Of a stretch of 64,000 bases of DNA, positions 63,720-64,000 are shown one piece after another. The stretch spans positions 322,732 to 386,731 of the forward strand of contig MPNC01000003.1 in the NCBI GenBank assembly GCA_002238825.1, given 5' to 3'. Positions within the stretch are counted from its first letter, which is position 1; each line of letters starts with the position of its first letter. The notes below the pieces were generated by a model, which did not search any database, had not been told where the DNA came from, and worked only from the letters and a program-made list of their open reading frames with translations. Source of the DNA: SAR202 cluster bacterium bin87 (lineage in GTDB: Bacteria; Chloroflexota; Dehalococcoidia; Lucifugimonadales; UBA3495). Position numbers and translations under genes: made by a program.

Positions 63720-64000
63720 ATGGCTTTGATGAGTGGCGGAAATCTCAATACCAAGGATGCCGATATTATGTCCTACGATCCCACATCGCTTGCAACTCCG
63801 TTGTCTGGGGATGGTCGCTTGCTGTCGAGCGAATCCGATCTGTTGGCGGGTACGCCCCCTCCCGATGCGGAAGCGGTGCTTCTTGCAGAATCGCGTCGAC
63901 GTAGATTGGATGAGTTGGCCAAAATCGACGCCGAGATCGACGCCTTGCAATCTCAACGGAGCAAGCTCCGTCGCGACCTGTTGGCAATTGGGATTTTGCT
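63720..64000 (+). CDS. 5' fragment of a hypothetical protein (runs off the window)
   Basis: Open frame with no stop to the window end: MALMSGGNLNTKDADIMSYDP...RRRRLDELAKIDAEIDALQSQRSKLRRDLL (coiled-coil-like). Not in the ORF track because it has no stop. Confidence 0.4.
   Translation, partial: MALMSGGNLNTKDADIMSYDPTSLATPLSGDGRLLSSESDLLAGTPPPDAEAVLLAESRRRRLDELAKIDAEIDALQSQRSKLRRDLLAIGIL

Overview
High-G+C bacterial chromosomal segment, densely coding (about 75 CDS). I saw no rRNA, tRNA, CRISPR array, transposase or integrase. The backbone is metabolic: four luciferase-like (LLM) flavin/F420 oxidoreductases, a Rieske ring-hydroxylating dioxygenase alpha/beta pair, MmgE/PrpD, gamma-glutamyltransferase, quinone and alcohol dehydrogenases, a peptide-type ABC importer, an ABC-2 exporter, trpE/trpG, hisH/hisA, purA, selB and a PduO-type adenosyltransferase. 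This content resembles marine Chloroflexota (SAR202-like) genomes, but that is only a guess from gene content. Three things stand out. (1) Intergenic DNA is colonised by several families of hairpin/MITE-like repeats (at least 13 copies). One 160-bp family has three copies, each with a perfect 8-bp target-site duplication, and there is one nested insertion. (2) A Trp-specific T-box leader precedes trpE. (3) Small accessory modules with visibly lower G+C are inserted between housekeeping genes. These are: a stand-alone RelA/SpoT (toxSAS-like) gene with an unknown partner (2.16-3.19 kb); VapBC; a hicAB locus whose hicA carries an in-frame amber codon; a lone DUF3800 gene; a NurA-like nuclease without HerA next to an orphan selB; a three/four-gene cassette of unknown function built around a DUF1828/DUF1829 protein (44.4-46.5 kb); a PaREP1/HEPN-like + HNH + unknown trio (49.7-51.1 kb); an acidic-protein + HEPN-like pair (54.8-55.6 kb); and a terminal islet with a fused MNT-HEPN protein, two mini-ORFs and a HicB-HicA-HicB triplet (60.5-63.6 kb). 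My best candidates for an undescribed system are the 44.4-46.5 kb cassette, the toxSAS-like pair and the 54.8-55.6 kb pair. None can be proven from sequence alone. All family assignments come from motif recognition by eye, not from database searches.
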